This document shows, piece by piece, positions 28,579 through 39,138 of a DNA stretch of 64,000 bases. Both the position numbers and the translations under genes were made by a program. The notes beneath the pieces are model-generated. The model did not search any database. It was given only the letters and a program-made list of their open reading frames with translations, and was not told the origin of the DNA. Every line of letters begins with the position of its first letter. Within the stretch, counting starts at the first letter, position 1. Source of the DNA: Halobacteriaceae archaeon (GTDB lineage: Archaea > Halobacteriota > Halobacteria > Halobacteriales > Halobacteriaceae); NCBI GenBank assembly GCA_042216675.1, contig JBDGTS010000003.1, positions 45,227-109,226 of the forward strand, in the 5' to 3' direction.

Positions 28579-29904
28579 ATGCCGGACCGTCCGAACATCG
28601 TCCTCGTCCACAGCCACGACCTCGGCCGCCGCCTCGGCTGTTACGGCGTGGACGTAGCGACGCCGAACGTCGACGCGATTGCAGACGACGGCCTGCGCTT
28701 CGACCAGTTCACCTGCACCGCGCCCCAGTGTTCGCCGTCGCGCGGGAGCCTCCACACAGGCCGGTATCCCCACAACAACGGCCTGATGGGACTGACCCAC
28801 CGGGGGTGGAGCCTCGACGACGTGCCCACACTCGCCGCGACGCTGAGCGACGCCGGCTACGACACGCACACGTTCGGCGTTCAGCACATCGCCGAGGACG
28901 ACGCCGACGCCGGCTACGACTACTCGCACCGCGGCGGGACCGCTCTCGACGCCGCGGAGTGCTTCGAGGCGGAACTGCCCGAGATGGCGGCCGACGGCCC
29001 GTTCTTCGCGTCGGTCGGCTTCGTCGAACCGCACCTCCCCTTCCGGGTCGATCACGTCGAGGACGCGGCGTACGACCGCTACCACCCCGAGAACGTCGAC
29101 GCGCCGCCGTATCTCCCCGACGAGTACGGTGTGAAACGGGACGTGGCGGAGATGCACGCGCTGATTTCCGAGACGGTGGACCCAGCTGTGGGACACGTTC
29201 GGGATGCACTCGACGACGCCGGCCTCGCCGAGGAGACGCTGTTCGTCTTCACGACCGACCACGGCCCGCCGCTCCCGCGCGCGAAGGGGATGTGCTACAC
29301 CGCCGGCGTCGGCGTGGCGTTCATCGCCCACTGGCCCGGCGTGGTGGAATCGGGTGTGGACGACCACCTGCTGAGCAACGTCGACGTGATGCCGACGTTC
29401 CTCGACGTCGCCGGCGTCGACAAGCCGCCCGAGATGGACGGGCGAACGTTCGCCCCGTTGCTGACCGGTGAGGGGACGTACGACCCCCGCGAACAGGTGT
29501 TCGTCGAGATGACGTGGCACGACCGCTACAACCCGATTCGAGGGATTCGGACCGAGGAGTACACGTATCTGCGGAACTTCTCGATGCTCCCGCGGGTGTT
29601 CATCCCCCGCGACATGATCGACCAGCGCGCCGCACGTCCCGTGCGGGGCGAGTGGTACGACCGGGACCGACCCGCCGAGGAGTTCTACGACAGACGCGAG
29701 GACCCTCACGAACTCGAGAATCTCGCCGCGGAGGCTATGGTGTCGCGCTCGGCGCCGGCCGACTGGGACGTGCCGGACCCGCCGACTGACCTCGGCCCCG
29801 ACCGCTACGCGGCGCTCCACGAGTTCAGAGAGCGCCTCCGTGAGTGGATGAGGGCGACGGACGACCCCCTCCTCGACGGCCCCGTCGGCATCCCCGGTCG
29901 GTAG
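28579..29904 (+). CDS. Cys-type sulfatase (sulfamidase-like)
   Basis: PNIVLVHSHDLG, CSPSRGSLHTGRYPH, EPHLPF, TDHG...RAKG, EMTWH. Confidence 0.9.
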   Translation: MPDRPNIVLVHSHDLGRRLGCYGVDVATPNVDAIADDGLRFDQFTCTAPQCSPSRGSLHTGRYPHNNGLMGLTHRGWSLDDVPTLAATLSDAGYDTHTFGVQHIAEDDADAGYDYSHRGGTALDAAECFEAELPEMAADGPFFASVGFVEPHLPFRVDHVEDAAYDRYHPENVDAPPYLPDEYGVKRDVAEMHALISETVDPAVGHVRDALDDAGLAEETLFVFTTDHGPPLPRAKGMCYTAGVGVAFIAHWPGVVESGVDDHLLSNVDVMPTFLDVAGVDKPPEMDGRTFAPLLTGEGTYDPREQVFVEMTWHDRYNPIRGIRTEEYTYLRNFSMLPRVFIPRDMIDQRAARPVRGEWYDRDRPAEEFYDRREDPHELENLAAEAMVSRSAPADWDVPDPPTDLGPDRYAALHEFRERLREWMRATDDPLLDGPVGIPGR

Positions 29905-30023
29905 CCGGTTTTCCGCCCTCGGCGATTCGTTGGGTTTATCAGGTGGCGAGAGGTACCTAAACTCGCAAGCCTGTAGGGGCGTCTGCCCCGAGTCCGAGAG
30001 GGCGACGATACAAACCACAGCGC

Positions 30024-30107
30024 GTCGTGGTAGCCTAGCCTGGCCCAAGGCGCAGGGTTGCTAACTCTGTGGCGTAAGCCTCCGGGGTTCGAATCCCCGC
30101 CACGACG
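30024..30107 (+). tRNA. tRNA-Ser(GCT)
   Basis: Acceptor GTCGTGG/CCACGAC, anticodon loop TTGCTAA, long variable arm, GGTTCGAATCC T-arm. Confidence 0.95.
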
Positions 30108-30126
30108 TCCGACAAGCAAGCACACT

Positions 30127-30639
30127 ATGAGTTCGGAGCAACCAGCGGACGAAACAGAAGAGGACGAGATTCAGTACTTCGTCCGGATCGGACAGACCGA
30201 TCTCGACGGCACGAAGTCTGTAGAGCGTGCTCTCACCGGGATGAATGGAATCGGCCGCCGAGCGGCCCGCATCGTCGCCGAAGAGGCGAACGTCGAACGC
30301 GGGGAGACGATGGGTCTCCTCGAGGACGACGAGATCGAACGCGTCGTCGACGCCGTCCAGAACTTCGAGGAACTCGTCCCCGACTGGATGGCGAACCGCC
30401 GGAACGACTTCTTCACCGGCGAGACGACGCACGAGGTCGGGAACGACCTCTCGCTGACCCGCCAGCAGGACATCAACCGGATGCAGATGATCCGGTCCTA
30501 CAAGGGCGTCCGCCACGAGCGCGGACAGAAGGTGCGCGGACAGCGCACGAAGTCCACGGGTCGCACGGAAGGCACCATCGGCGTCAACGTCGAGGCCATC
30601 CAAGAAGAGATGGAAGAAGGCGGCGAGGGTGAGGAATAA
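30127..30639 (+). CDS. rps13: 30S ribosomal protein S13
   Basis: [28 protein letters not shown]. Confidence 0.97.
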   Translation: MSSEQPADETEEDEIQYFVRIGQTDLDGTKSVERALTGMNGIGRRAARIVAEEANVERGETMGLLEDDEIERVVDAVQNFEELVPDWMANRRNDFFTGETTHEVGNDLSLTRQQDINRMQMIRSYKGVRHERGQKVRGQRTKSTGRTEGTIGVNVEAIQEEMEEGGEGEE

Positions 30640-31151
30640 TGGCACTCGGAGACAACACCAAGCTGTACGAGACGCCCAACCATCCGTATCAGGGCGAGCG
30701 TATCAGCGAGGAACACGGCCTCGTGGGCCGCTACGGCCTCAAGAACAAACAGGAACTGTGGCGCGAGCAGTCCCAGCTCCGGAACTACCGCCGCGAGGCG
30801 CGACGCCTCCTCGGTCGCACGGACTCTGACGGGTCCGAGACCGAGGAGTTCGTCGCCCGCCTCCAGCGACTCGGCATTCTCTCGGAGAACGCCGGGGTCG
30901 ACACCGTCCTGTCGCTGGACGTGACCGACCTGCTGGAGCGCCGCCTCCAGACCATCGTGTACCGGCAGGGGCTCGCCCACACGCCCGAACAGGCTCGTCA
31001 GTTCCTCTCCCACGGCCACGTCACCGTCGACGGGAGCCGGGTGCAGGAGCCGTCCTACCGCGTCGAAGTCGCGGAGGAGGACGACATCGAGTTCGACGAG
31101 ACGAGCCCGTTCGCCGACGAACTCCACCCCGAACGAGCGGAGGAGCAATAA
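30639..31151 (+). CDS. rps4: 30S ribosomal protein S4
   Basis: [21 protein letters not shown]. Confidence 0.97.
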   Translation: MALGDNTKLYETPNHPYQGERISEEHGLVGRYGLKNKQELWREQSQLRNYRREARRLLGRTDSDGSETEEFVARLQRLGILSENAGVDTVLSLDVTDLLERRLQTIVYRQGLAHTPEQARQFLSHGHVTVDGSRVQEPSYRVEVAEEDDIEFDETSPFADELHPERAEEQ

Positions 31152-31152
31152 C

Positions 31153-31542
31153 ATGAGTAGCAACGACGACTCCATCTGGGGCATCGCGCACATCCACGCC
31201 TCGTTCAACAACACCATCATGACCGTCACGGACCTCACGGGCGCCGAAACGCTCGCGAAGTCCTCCGGCGGGGCAGTGGTGAAGCAGAACCGCGACGAGG
31301 CGTCGCAGTACGCCGCCATGCAGATGGCCGAGCAGATGGCCGAGACGCTCCACGAGCAGGACATCGAGGGCCTGCACGTCCGCGTCCGCGGCCCCGGCGG
31401 CAACCGCCAGCGCAACCCCGGCCCGGGCGCGCAGGCGGCCATCCGGGCGCTCGCCCGTGCGGGCATCGAAATCGGTCGCATCGAAGACGTGACCCCCGTC
31501 CCGCACGACGGCACCCGCGCCCCGAAGAACAGCGGATACTGA
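31153..31542 (+). CDS. rps11: 30S ribosomal protein S11
   Basis: [29 protein letters not shown]. Confidence 0.97.
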   Translation: MSSNDDSIWGIAHIHASFNNTIMTVTDLTGAETLAKSSGGAVVKQNRDEASQYAAMQMAEQMAETLHEQDIEGLHVRVRGPGGNRQRNPGPGAQAAIRALARAGIEIGRIEDVTPVPHDGTRAPKNSGY

Positions 31543-31543
31543 C

Positions 31544-32290
31544 ATGAGCGACACCGACTTCGACGTCGAGTTCATCGAACGCGACGGCGACAGCGCCCGG
31601 TTCCTCGTTCGGGACATCACGCCGGCGCTGGCGAACGGCATCCGCCGCGCCATCGTCGCCGACGTGCCGACGGCGACCATCGACACCGTCCGGTTCGTCG
31701 AGAACTCCAGCGTGATGTTCGACGAGCAGTTGGCGCTCCGACTGGGCCTCGTGCCCCTCACGACGCCGGACGACCTCACCGAGGAGACGACGGTGACCCT
31801 CGCACTCGACGTGGAGGGGCCCGAGACGGCCTACTCGGGCGACTTGGTCAGCGAGGACCCCCACGTCGAACCCGCGACGGACAACGTTCCGATCATCGAC
31901 CTGAAGGAGGGCCAGCGCCTCGAAATCGAGGCCGAGGCCGTCCTCGGGCGCGGCCGTGACCACGCCAAGCATCAGGGCGGTGTCGCGGTCGGCTACCGCC
32001 ATCTCCAGACCGTCGAGGTCGGCGAGGAACTCGAATCCTTCGAGGACCGCGACCCCCACATCGTCCGCGGCGTCGTCGAGGACGACGGGGAACTCGTTCC
32101 GGCCGAGGAGTTCGACAACGACATCACGAACCGGTATCCCGACCACGAGGTGACCGTCGAGGACGTGGAAGGCGCCTTCGTCTTCCACGTCGAGTCCGAC
32201 GGCTCCCTCCCGGTCGACGAACTCGTCGTCGCCGCCGCGGACACCCTGTACGACCGCGCGGCGGAACTCGAAGAGGCAGTCAGTCTATGA
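31544..32290 (+). CDS. rpoD: RNA polymerase subunit D (Rpo3)
   Basis: [28 protein letters not shown]. Confidence 0.96.
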   Translation: MSDTDFDVEFIERDGDSARFLVRDITPALANGIRRAIVADVPTATIDTVRFVENSSVMFDEQLALRLGLVPLTTPDDLTEETTVTLALDVEGPETAYSGDLVSEDPHVEPATDNVPIIDLKEGQRLEIEAEAVLGRGRDHAKHQGGVAVGYRHLQTVEVGEELESFEDRDPHIVRGVVEDDGELVPAEEFDNDITNRYPDHEVTVEDVEGAFVFHVESDGSLPVDELVVAAADTLYDRAAELEEAVSL

Positions 32291-32413
32291 CGACGCGCCG
32301 CCCCACTACCCACGCCGTCGCACGCCGAACCCTACGGGAAGCGACGGCTATCGTAACGGGTATTAAGGGGCGGCCGAAAGGTGGAATCGCAACTCGAACG
32401 CCTTCTCGGGCGT

Positions 32414-32498
32414 GCAGGGATAGCCAAGTTTGGTCAAAGGCGCAGCGTTCAGGGCGCTGTCCCGTAGGGGTTCGCAGGTTCAAATCCTGCTCCCTGCA
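32414..32498 (+). tRNA. tRNA-Leu(CAG)
   Basis: Acceptor GCAGGGA/TCCCTGC, anticodon arm CAGCG-TTCAGGG-CGCTG, long variable arm. Confidence 0.95.
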
Positions 32499-32519
32499 TC
32501 CCACCACAGTACTCCAACA

Positions 32520-32873
32520 ATGAGCAAGACCAGCCCGCGGCTCAGCGGCCTCGTCGCCGACCTCAAGTCGGCGGCACGCGAGGACGACGCGGACGTCTGG
32601 GCGGACATCGCAGACCGCCTTCAGGCGCCCCGCTCCACCCACGCAGAGGTCAACTTGAGTCGCATCGAGCGGTACGCACGAACTGACGAGACGGTCGTCG
32701 TCCCCGGCAAGGTGCTGGGGTCCGGCGTCCTGACCAAGGACGTCTCCGTGGCCGCGGTTGACTTCTCCTCGACCGCGGAGACGAAGATCGAACAGGCCGA
32801 CGGCGAAGCGGTCGGCATCGCCGACGTCGTCGAACGAAACCCCGAGGGGAGCGACGTCCGGGTGATTCGATGA
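32520..32873 (+). CDS. rpl18e: 50S ribosomal protein L18e
   Basis: [21 protein letters not shown]. Confidence 0.96.
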   Translation: MSKTSPRLSGLVADLKSAAREDDADVWADIADRLQAPRSTHAEVNLSRIERYARTDETVVVPGKVLGSGVLTKDVSVAAVDFSSTAETKIEQADGEAVGIADVVERNPEGSDVRVIR

Positions 32874-33307
32874 GCTACGCAGAGTTCGAGGTCGACGCAG
32901 TCATCGACGCGACGGACTGCATCGTCGGCCGCGTCGCCAGCAACGTCGCACAGCGCGCACTCGACGGCGAGCGAATCGCCGTCGTCAACGCGGAGGACGC
33001 GGTCATCACCGGTCGCGAAGAGGACGTCGTCGGGACGTATCGGAAGCGCGCCAACCTCAGCTCCGACCGCGGTCCGGAGTACCCCGTCCGGCCCGACGGT
33101 ATTCTGAAGCGCTCGATCCGCGGGATGCTCCCGCACAAGAAACAGCGCGGTCGCGAGGCGCTCTCGAACGTCCGCGTCTACCTCGGCAATCCCTACGACG
33201 AGGACGGCGAGGTCGCAGAGGGCACCTCCCTCGACCGCCTCTCCACGATCAAGTTCGTCCAGCTGGGCGATCTCAGCGAACAACTGGGGGCCAAAGTCAC
33301 ATGGTAA
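32870..33307 (+). CDS. rpl13: 50S ribosomal protein L13
   Basis: GRVAS, VNAE, IRGMLP. Confidence 0.96.
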   Translation: MSYAEFEVDAVIDATDCIVGRVASNVAQRALDGERIAVVNAEDAVITGREEDVVGTYRKRANLSSDRGPEYPVRPDGILKRSIRGMLPHKKQRGREALSNVRVYLGNPYDEDGEVAEGTSLDRLSTIKFVQLGDLSEQLGAKVTW

Positions 33308-33699
33308 CTAACACATCCGGCAAGAAGAAGACGGCCATCGCTCGCGCGACCGTCTCCGAGGGAGAGGGTCGTGTCCGAATCAACTCCCAGCCCGTGGAGC
33401 TCGTCGACCCCGAGCTCGCACAGCTGAAGATGCTGGAGCCGTTCCGCATCGCGCCGTCGGACCTCCGCGACGACGTCGACGTCGACGTCACCGTGGAGGG
33501 TGGCGGCGTGATGGGGCAGGCCGACGCGATCCGCACCGCCATCGCTCGCGGCATCGTGGACCACACCGGCGACGCCGAACTCCGCGACGCGTTCATGGAG
33601 TTCGACCGTTCGCTGTTGGTCAACGACGTCCGCCAGTCCGAGTCCAAGCACTGGGGCGGTCCGGGCGCTCGCGCCCGCTACCAGAAGTCCTACCGTTGA
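33301..33699 (+). CDS. rps9: 30S ribosomal protein S9
   Basis: [28 protein letters not shown]. Confidence 0.97.
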   Translation: MVTNTSGKKKTAIARATVSEGEGRVRINSQPVELVDPELAQLKMLEPFRIAPSDLRDDVDVDVTVEGGGVMGQADAIRTAIARGIVDHTGDAELRDAFMEFDRSLLVNDVRQSESKHWGGPGARARYQKSYR

Positions 33700-33709
33700 G
33701 TCACCACCC

Positions 33710-33901
33710 ATGATGGTTCCAGTCCGGTGTTTCACGTGCGGCAAGGTCGTGGGCGAGCACTGGGAGCCGTTCCGTGACCGCGTCGAGGCCGGCGAGGACC
33801 CGAAGGAGGTCCTCGACGAACTCGGCGTGGACCGGTACTGCTGCCGGCGGATGCTCATCTCCCATCAGGACCTGGTCGACGTGGTGTCACCATACCAATG
33901 A
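33710..33901 (+). CDS. rpoN: RNA polymerase subunit N (Rpo10)
   Basis: [16 protein letters not shown]. Confidence 0.97.
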   Translation: MMVPVRCFTCGKVVGEHWEPFRDRVEAGEDPKEVLDELGVDRYCCRRMLISHQDLVDVVSPYQ

Positions 33902-34065
33902 GCAGGGACAACCGCTACGAGAAGGCACGCATCATCGGGGCGCGAGCCCTGCAGGTGTCGCACGGAGCGCCGGTGCTGGTCGACACGGACCAGACTGAGC
34001 CCATCCTCATCGCGGCCGAGGAGTACGACGCCGGCGTGTTGCCGTTCACGGTTCGCCGCCAATGA
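33898..34065 (+). CDS. rpoK: RNA polymerase subunit K (Rpo6)
   Basis: Hand-translated, absent from ORF track: [25 protein letters not shown]...LPFTVRRQ. Confidence 0.95.
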   Translation: MSRDNRYEKARIIGARALQVSHGAPVLVDTDQTEPILIAAEEYDAGVLPFTVRRQ

Positions 34066-35267
34066 CGCGCATCCAGCGCATCCGGCTCCGTGAGGTGCTG
34101 GACTCGCGCGGCAATCCGACCGTGGAGGCCGACGTGCTGACCGAGTCGGGCGGCTTCGGCCGCGCGGCGGCGCCCAGCGGCGCCTCCACCGGCGAACACG
34201 AGGCGATCGAACTCCCCGCAGCCGACGCAATCGCGGCGGCACGGGAGAACGCGGTGCCCCGCCTCGTCGAGACGGCGTTCGCGGGCGACCAGCGCGAAGT
34301 CGACCGACTGCTCCGTCGCGCGGACGGCACGGACGACTTCTCGACCATCGGCGCCAACAGCGCCGTCGCCATCTCGATGGCCGCCGCCAAGGCCGCCGCC
34401 GACGTGCTGGGTGCGCCGCTGTACCAGCATCTCGGCGGCGCGTTCCGCGGCGAGAACTTCCCGATTCCGCTGGGGAACGTCGTGGGCGGCGGCGAACACG
34501 CCGCCGACGCGACCCACATTCAGGAGTTCCTCGCGGCGCCCGTCGGCGCTCCGAGCGTTCGGGAGGCCGTCTTCACGAACGCACGCGTCCACGACGAAGT
34601 CGCAATCCTGCTGGACGAGATGGGCGTCCCCGCGGCGAAGGGGGACGAGGGCGCGTGGGCGCCCGCCATCGACGACGAGCAGGCGTTCGAAGTCGTCGCC
34701 GAGGCCGTCGAGACTGTCTCGGACGAAGTCGGCTTCGACGTCCGCTTCGGCCTCGACGTGGCCGCCGCGGAGCTGTACGACGCGGACGCGGGCGTCTATC
34801 GCTACGGCGAGACGGAGCGGACGCCCGAGGAGCAGGTCGACTACGTCGCGGGCCTCGTCGAGGAGTACGGCCTCGCGTACGTCGAGGACCCCCTCGACGA
34901 GAACGACTTCGAGGGCTTCGCGGACCTGACCAACCGGGTCGGCGACCGGACCCTCATCTGTGGCGACGACCTGTTCGTCACCAACGTGGAACGGCTGGAG
35001 CGCGGCATCGACGCGGGCGCCGCGAACAGCATCCTCGTCAAACCCAACCAGATTGGAACTCTCTCGGACGCCTTCGACGCCGTGGAGACGGCGACCCGGG
35101 CGGGCTACGACGCCGTCATCTCCCACCGGAGCGGAGAGACGGAGGACGCCACCATCGCACACCTCGCCGTGGCGACCGACGCCCCGTTCATCAAGACGGG
35201 CGCCGTCGGGGGCGAGCGAACGGCGAAACTGAACGAACTCATCCGAATCGAAGACAACGCGCTATGA
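34062..35267 (+). CDS. eno: enolase
   Basis: [34 protein letters not shown]. Confidence 0.97.
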   Translation: MTRIQRIRLREVLDSRGNPTVEADVLTESGGFGRAAAPSGASTGEHEAIELPAADAIAAARENAVPRLVETAFAGDQREVDRLLRRADGTDDFSTIGANSAVAISMAAAKAAADVLGAPLYQHLGGAFRGENFPIPLGNVVGGGEHAADATHIQEFLAAPVGAPSVREAVFTNARVHDEVAILLDEMGVPAAKGDEGAWAPAIDDEQAFEVVAEAVETVSDEVGFDVRFGLDVAAAELYDADAGVYRYGETERTPEEQVDYVAGLVEEYGLAYVEDPLDENDFEGFADLTNRVGDRTLICGDDLFVTNVERLERGIDAGAANSILVKPNQIGTLSDAFDAVETATRAGYDAVISHRSGETEDATIAHLAVATDAPFIKTGAVGGERTAKLNELIRIEDNAL

Positions 35268-35989
35268 GCGGAAACGAAACCGACATCGAAGCAGACGAAG
35301 AAGAACTCGACGCCGCGGCGGGCGACGCGACACCGGACGCCGGTGACGCCGAGGCCGAGGCGGACGTCGAAGAGCCAACCCTCGACGAGGACGTGATGGG
35401 CCGGGAGGAGGCAGACCTGCTCATCCCCGTCGAGGACTACCTCGGCGCCGGGGTCCACATCGGGACCCAGCAGAAGACCGAGGACATGGAGCGGTTCATC
35501 CACCGCGTCCGCACGGACGGCCTGTACGTGCTGGACGTGGCGAAGACGGACGACCGCATCCGCACGGCCGCGGACTTCCTCGCGAACTACCAGCCGGACC
35601 AGATTCTGGTCACCAGTTCGCGCCAGTACGGCCGCTTCCCGGCGGAGAAGTTCGCCGAGGCCGTGGGCGCTCGCGCCCGCACTGGCCGCTTCATCCCGGG
35701 CACGCTGACCAACCCGAAGTACGACGGGTACATCGAACCGGACGTGCTGGTCGTCACGGACCCCATCGGCGACTCGCAGGCTGTCAAGGAGGCCATCACG
35801 GTCGGTATCCCGGTCATCGCGATGTGCGACTCCAACAACTCCACGTCGAACGTGGACCTCGTCGTCCCGACGAACAACAAGGGGCGACGCGCGCTGGCAG
35901 TCGTCTACTGGCTGCTGGCCAACGAGACGCTGGACCGGCGCGGCGCCGACACCGTGTTCAGCCTCGACGACTTCGAATCCGGCATCTGA
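35264..35989 (+). CDS. rps2: 30S ribosomal protein S2
   Basis: [25 protein letters not shown]; acidic N-terminal tail. Confidence 0.97.
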   Translation: MSGNETDIEADEEELDAAAGDATPDAGDAEAEADVEEPTLDEDVMGREEADLLIPVEDYLGAGVHIGTQQKTEDMERFIHRVRTDGLYVLDVAKTDDRIRTAADFLANYQPDQILVTSSRQYGRFPAEKFAEAVGARARTGRFIPGTLTNPKYDGYIEPDVLVVTDPIGDSQAVKEAITVGIPVIAMCDSNNSTSNVDLVVPTNNKGRRALAVVYWLLANETLDRRGADTVFSLDDFESGI

Positions 35990-36058
35990 ACGGCTGACTG
36001 TTTTCGCGGTTCGCACGCGGTGCGGAACGTTTCTTAGGGACGGGTGACAGAGGTCGGT

Positions 36059-37042
36059 ATGGTCACTTCGAGCGCCCCCGGCAAGGTGTACCTGTTCGGG
36101 GAGCACGCCGTCGTCTACGGCGAGCCTGCGGTCCCGTGCGCCATCGAGCGCCGGGCACGGGTCACGGTCGAGGAACGGCCGGACCGGCGTTTGCGCGTCT
36201 CGGCGCCCGACCTCTCGCTCGACGGCTTCACCGTCGAGTACGAGGGCGGTACCGACGAAGCGCCCGACGTGGACGTGCCGACGCCTCTCGTCGAGGCGGC
36301 GATGGGCTACGTCGACGAGGCCGTCGCGCAGGCCCGGGACGCCGCGGACGCGCCCGACGCCGGTTTCGACGTCACCATCGAGAGCGACATCCCACTCGGC
36401 GCGGGCCTCGGGTCGTCTGCGGCGGTGGCCGTCGCCGGCATCGACGCGGCGACGCGCGAACTCGGCGTCGAACTCACACCCGAAGCGGTCGCGGACCGGG
36501 CGTACCGCGTCGAACACGCCGTACAGGACGGCGAGGCGTCCCGCGCAGACACGTTCTGCTCGGCGATGGGTGGCGCCGTCCGCGTCGAGGGCGACGACTG
36601 CCGGACCATCGACGCGCCGGCTCTCCCGTTCGTCGTCGGCTACGACGGCGGTGCGGGCGACACGGGCGCTCTCGTCGCGGGCGTTCGGGACCTGCGCGAG
36701 GAGTACGGCTTCGCCGCCGACACGGTGACGGCCATCGGCGACCTCGTGCGCGAGGGCGAGGACTTGCTGGCGGCGGGCGACGTGGACAGCCTCGGCGACT
36801 TGATGGACTTCAATCACGGCTTGCTCTCGGCGCTGGGCGTCTCCGCCCGGTCGCTCGACGCGATGGTGTGGGCCGCGCGCGAGGCGGGCGCCCACGGCGC
36901 CAAACTCACTGGCGCCGGCGGCGGTGGCTGTGTCGTCGCACTCGACGACACCGAGGCCACGCGCACGTCGCTCGAACTCACGCCGGCCTGCGAGGAGGCG
37001 TTCCGCGCCGCACTCGACACCGAGGGGGTGCGCCAGCAGTGA
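36059..37042 (+). CDS. mvk: mevalonate kinase
   Basis: APGKVYLFGEHAVVYG, PLGAGLGSSAA, KLTGAGGGG. Confidence 0.93.
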   Translation: MVTSSAPGKVYLFGEHAVVYGEPAVPCAIERRARVTVEERPDRRLRVSAPDLSLDGFTVEYEGGTDEAPDVDVPTPLVEAAMGYVDEAVAQARDAADAPDAGFDVTIESDIPLGAGLGSSAAVAVAGIDAATRELGVELTPEAVADRAYRVEHAVQDGEASRADTFCSAMGGAVRVEGDDCRTIDAPALPFVVGYDGGAGDTGALVAGVRDLREEYGFAADTVTAIGDLVREGEDLLAAGDVDSLGDLMDFNHGLLSALGVSARSLDAMVWAAREAGAHGAKLTGAGGGGCVVALDDTEATRTSLELTPACEEAFRAALDTEGVRQQ

Positions 37043-37770
37043 CGACGGTCCTCAAACTCGGCGGGAGCGTCGTCACGGAGAAAGACACGCCCGAAACAGT
37101 CGACGAGAGAGCCCTCGAACGCGCCGCGGACGCCCTCGCCGGCCGCGAGGACGTGGTGGTCGTCCACGGCGGCGGCAGTTTCGGCCACCCTGCGGCCAGC
37201 GAACACGGCGTCTCCAGCACCGCCGGGACGGCGAATCCGGCCGCAGTGCGCGACGTCCACGACGCGATGGGGCGCCTGAACGCCGCCGTACTCGACGCGC
37301 TACAGGGCGCGGGCGTGCCGGCGCTCCCGGTGCGGCCACTCTCCGTTGCGCACCGCGACGGGGAGGGAGACCTGACGCTCCCGACGGCCGCCGTCGAGGG
37401 GATGCTCGATGAGGGCTTCGTCCCCGTCCTTCACGGAGACGTGGTTGCCCACGCGGGTGCGGGCGCGACAGTACTCAGCGGCGACGAACTCGTGGTCGCC
37501 CTCGCGCGCCGCCTCGACGCGGACCGGGTGGGCGTCTGCTCGACGGTGCCGGGCGTCCTCGACGACGGCGACGTGGTGTCCGAAATCCGGGCGTGGGAGG
37601 ACGTTGCGGACGTCCTCGGCGAGAGCGAGGCAACGGACGTGACCGGCGGGATGGCCGCGAAGGTCAGGGCACTACTCGATTTAGACGCCGCGGCGAGCGT
37701 CTTCGGTCTCGACGACCTCGACGCGTTCCTCGACGGCGCGGCCGTGGGGACGCTGGTGGACGGCGGCTAG
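37039..37770 (+). CDS. ipk: isopentenyl phosphate kinase
   Basis: LKLGGSVVT, HGGGSFGH, SGD, DVTGGM; GTG start overlapping the mvk stop. Confidence 0.92.
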   Translation: MTTVLKLGGSVVTEKDTPETVDERALERAADALAGREDVVVVHGGGSFGHPAASEHGVSSTAGTANPAAVRDVHDAMGRLNAAVLDALQGAGVPALPVRPLSVAHRDGEGDLTLPTAAVEGMLDEGFVPVLHGDVVAHAGAGATVLSGDELVVALARRLDADRVGVCSTVPGVLDDGDVVSEIRAWEDVADVLGESEATDVTGGMAAKVRALLDLDAAASVFGLDDLDAFLDGAAVGTLVDGG

Positions 37771-38945
37771 GCCCCGGCCGGGAGTCGGCCGTCCCGGAAG
37801 AGGACGACGAGGACCGCCAGCACGAACGCGACGGAGAGCGCGGACCCGCGGAACACGGTGTCGAACGCGATTCCGTGCTCGACGAGCAGTCCGAACACGA
37901 CGCTCCCGGGTGCCTGCATGAGCATCATCGTGGCGCTGTACACCGCGTACGCCGACGCGCGGTTGTCGTCCGGAAGCGACGCCAGCATGTACGTGTCGAT
38001 GACCGGGAACAGGCTGTGGATGACCAGTCCCAGCACCACCGAGAGCGCCGCGACGGCCCAGACTCCGTGGAGGAACGTCAGCGACGCCAATAGGACGGTG
38101 AACAGGCCGAGTATCGAGAACATCAGCGGCACCGTGCGGAACCGGTCCGCCAGCCGTCCCGAGAAGAACATCGCTGGGACGCCGGCCGCGAACAGCAACA
38201 TCAGGAGACCCCGAGAGGTGCTGTCCGAGAACTGCTTCACCGACGTGAGGTAGGTGTCGTAGAAGTTGAAGGTCCCTTGCCAGACGAACCCGGTCACGCC
38301 GAGGATGGCGATGCCCGTCAGGATGAGCCGCCACTGGCGCCTGACGGCCCCGATCAGGTCTTTGTCCTCGGCCCCCGCTTCGGGCATCTCGGTCCGACCC
38401 GCGGCGAACGAGAGCAGGGCCGTGGCGACGACGGCCGTTCCGGCGATGCCGAAGAAGACCGTCTCCCACTCGGCGTGAACGAGCGCCAGACCCACCACGA
38501 ACGGCGCGCTCACCGCCGCAATCTGAGCGGACATCGCGCGGATGCCGACCGCCCACCCGACTCTGGAGGGGTACAGTTCGCTGACGAGGGGGTTGGCAGC
38601 GATGTAGAAGACGCCACTCGCCGTTCCGATGAGGAACGCGCCGACGGTGACGAGCGTGATGGTCGGCGCCACCGCCGTCGCCGACGCGGCCGCGGCCATG
38701 AACAGGCCCATGCCGACGATTGCTCGCTGGCGGTCGACGCGAGTCAGGAGAAAGCCGGTCGGGAGCCGAGACGCGGCGCTCCCGATCCAGACGGTGGTGG
38801 CGACGAACCCGGCGGTGCCCGCGCCCACGTGGAAAATCTCCTGAAACGGACGGACGAGCGGAGCGAAGGCCACGCGGCTGAAGTTCACGAGGTAAGCGAA
38901 CAGGCAGATGGTGGCGAACACCTGTCCGCGGCGACTGATTCGCAC
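37767..38945 (-). CDS. MFS transporter
   Basis: About 12 hydrophobic segments; GRLADRF motif. Confidence 0.88.
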   Translation of the reverse strand: MRISRRGQVFATICLFAYLVNFSRVAFAPLVRPFQEIFHVGAGTAGFVATTVWIGSAASRLPTGFLLTRVDRQRAIVGMGLFMAAAASATAVAPTITLVTVGAFLIGTASGVFYIAANPLVSELYPSRVGWAVGIRAMSAQIAAVSAPFVVGLALVHAEWETVFFGIAGTAVVATALLSFAAGRTEMPEAGAEDKDLIGAVRRQWRLILTGIAILGVTGFVWQGTFNFYDTYLTSVKQFSDSTSRGLLMLLFAAGVPAMFFSGRLADRFRTVPLMFSILGLFTVLLASLTFLHGVWAVAALSVVLGLVIHSLFPVIDTYMLASLPDDNRASAYAVYSATMMLMQAPGSVVFGLLVEHGIAFDTVFRGSALSVAFVLAVLVVLFRDGRLPAGA

Positions 38946-39138
38946 GGTGCCGCGTTCGTGGGCCGGGAAGTCAATCCTTCCGAATCCGGCAGGCCGTCTT
39001 TCAGTATTGTTTTAACGCCGGGGACAGTAGGCACCCGTAACCGAGAGGGCCCGTCCCTCGCGGCGAGCGTGGGCGTGTCGGACTCGGCCGCCCTCGGTTC
39101 ATCGCCGCGTCGGACGGTCCTCACTCGGAGGACAACCA

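Noticed and set aside
37767-38945. MFS gene where other archaea have an IPP isomerase between ipk and rnj
   Set aside because: A variable position in haloarchaea; nothing specific to infer.
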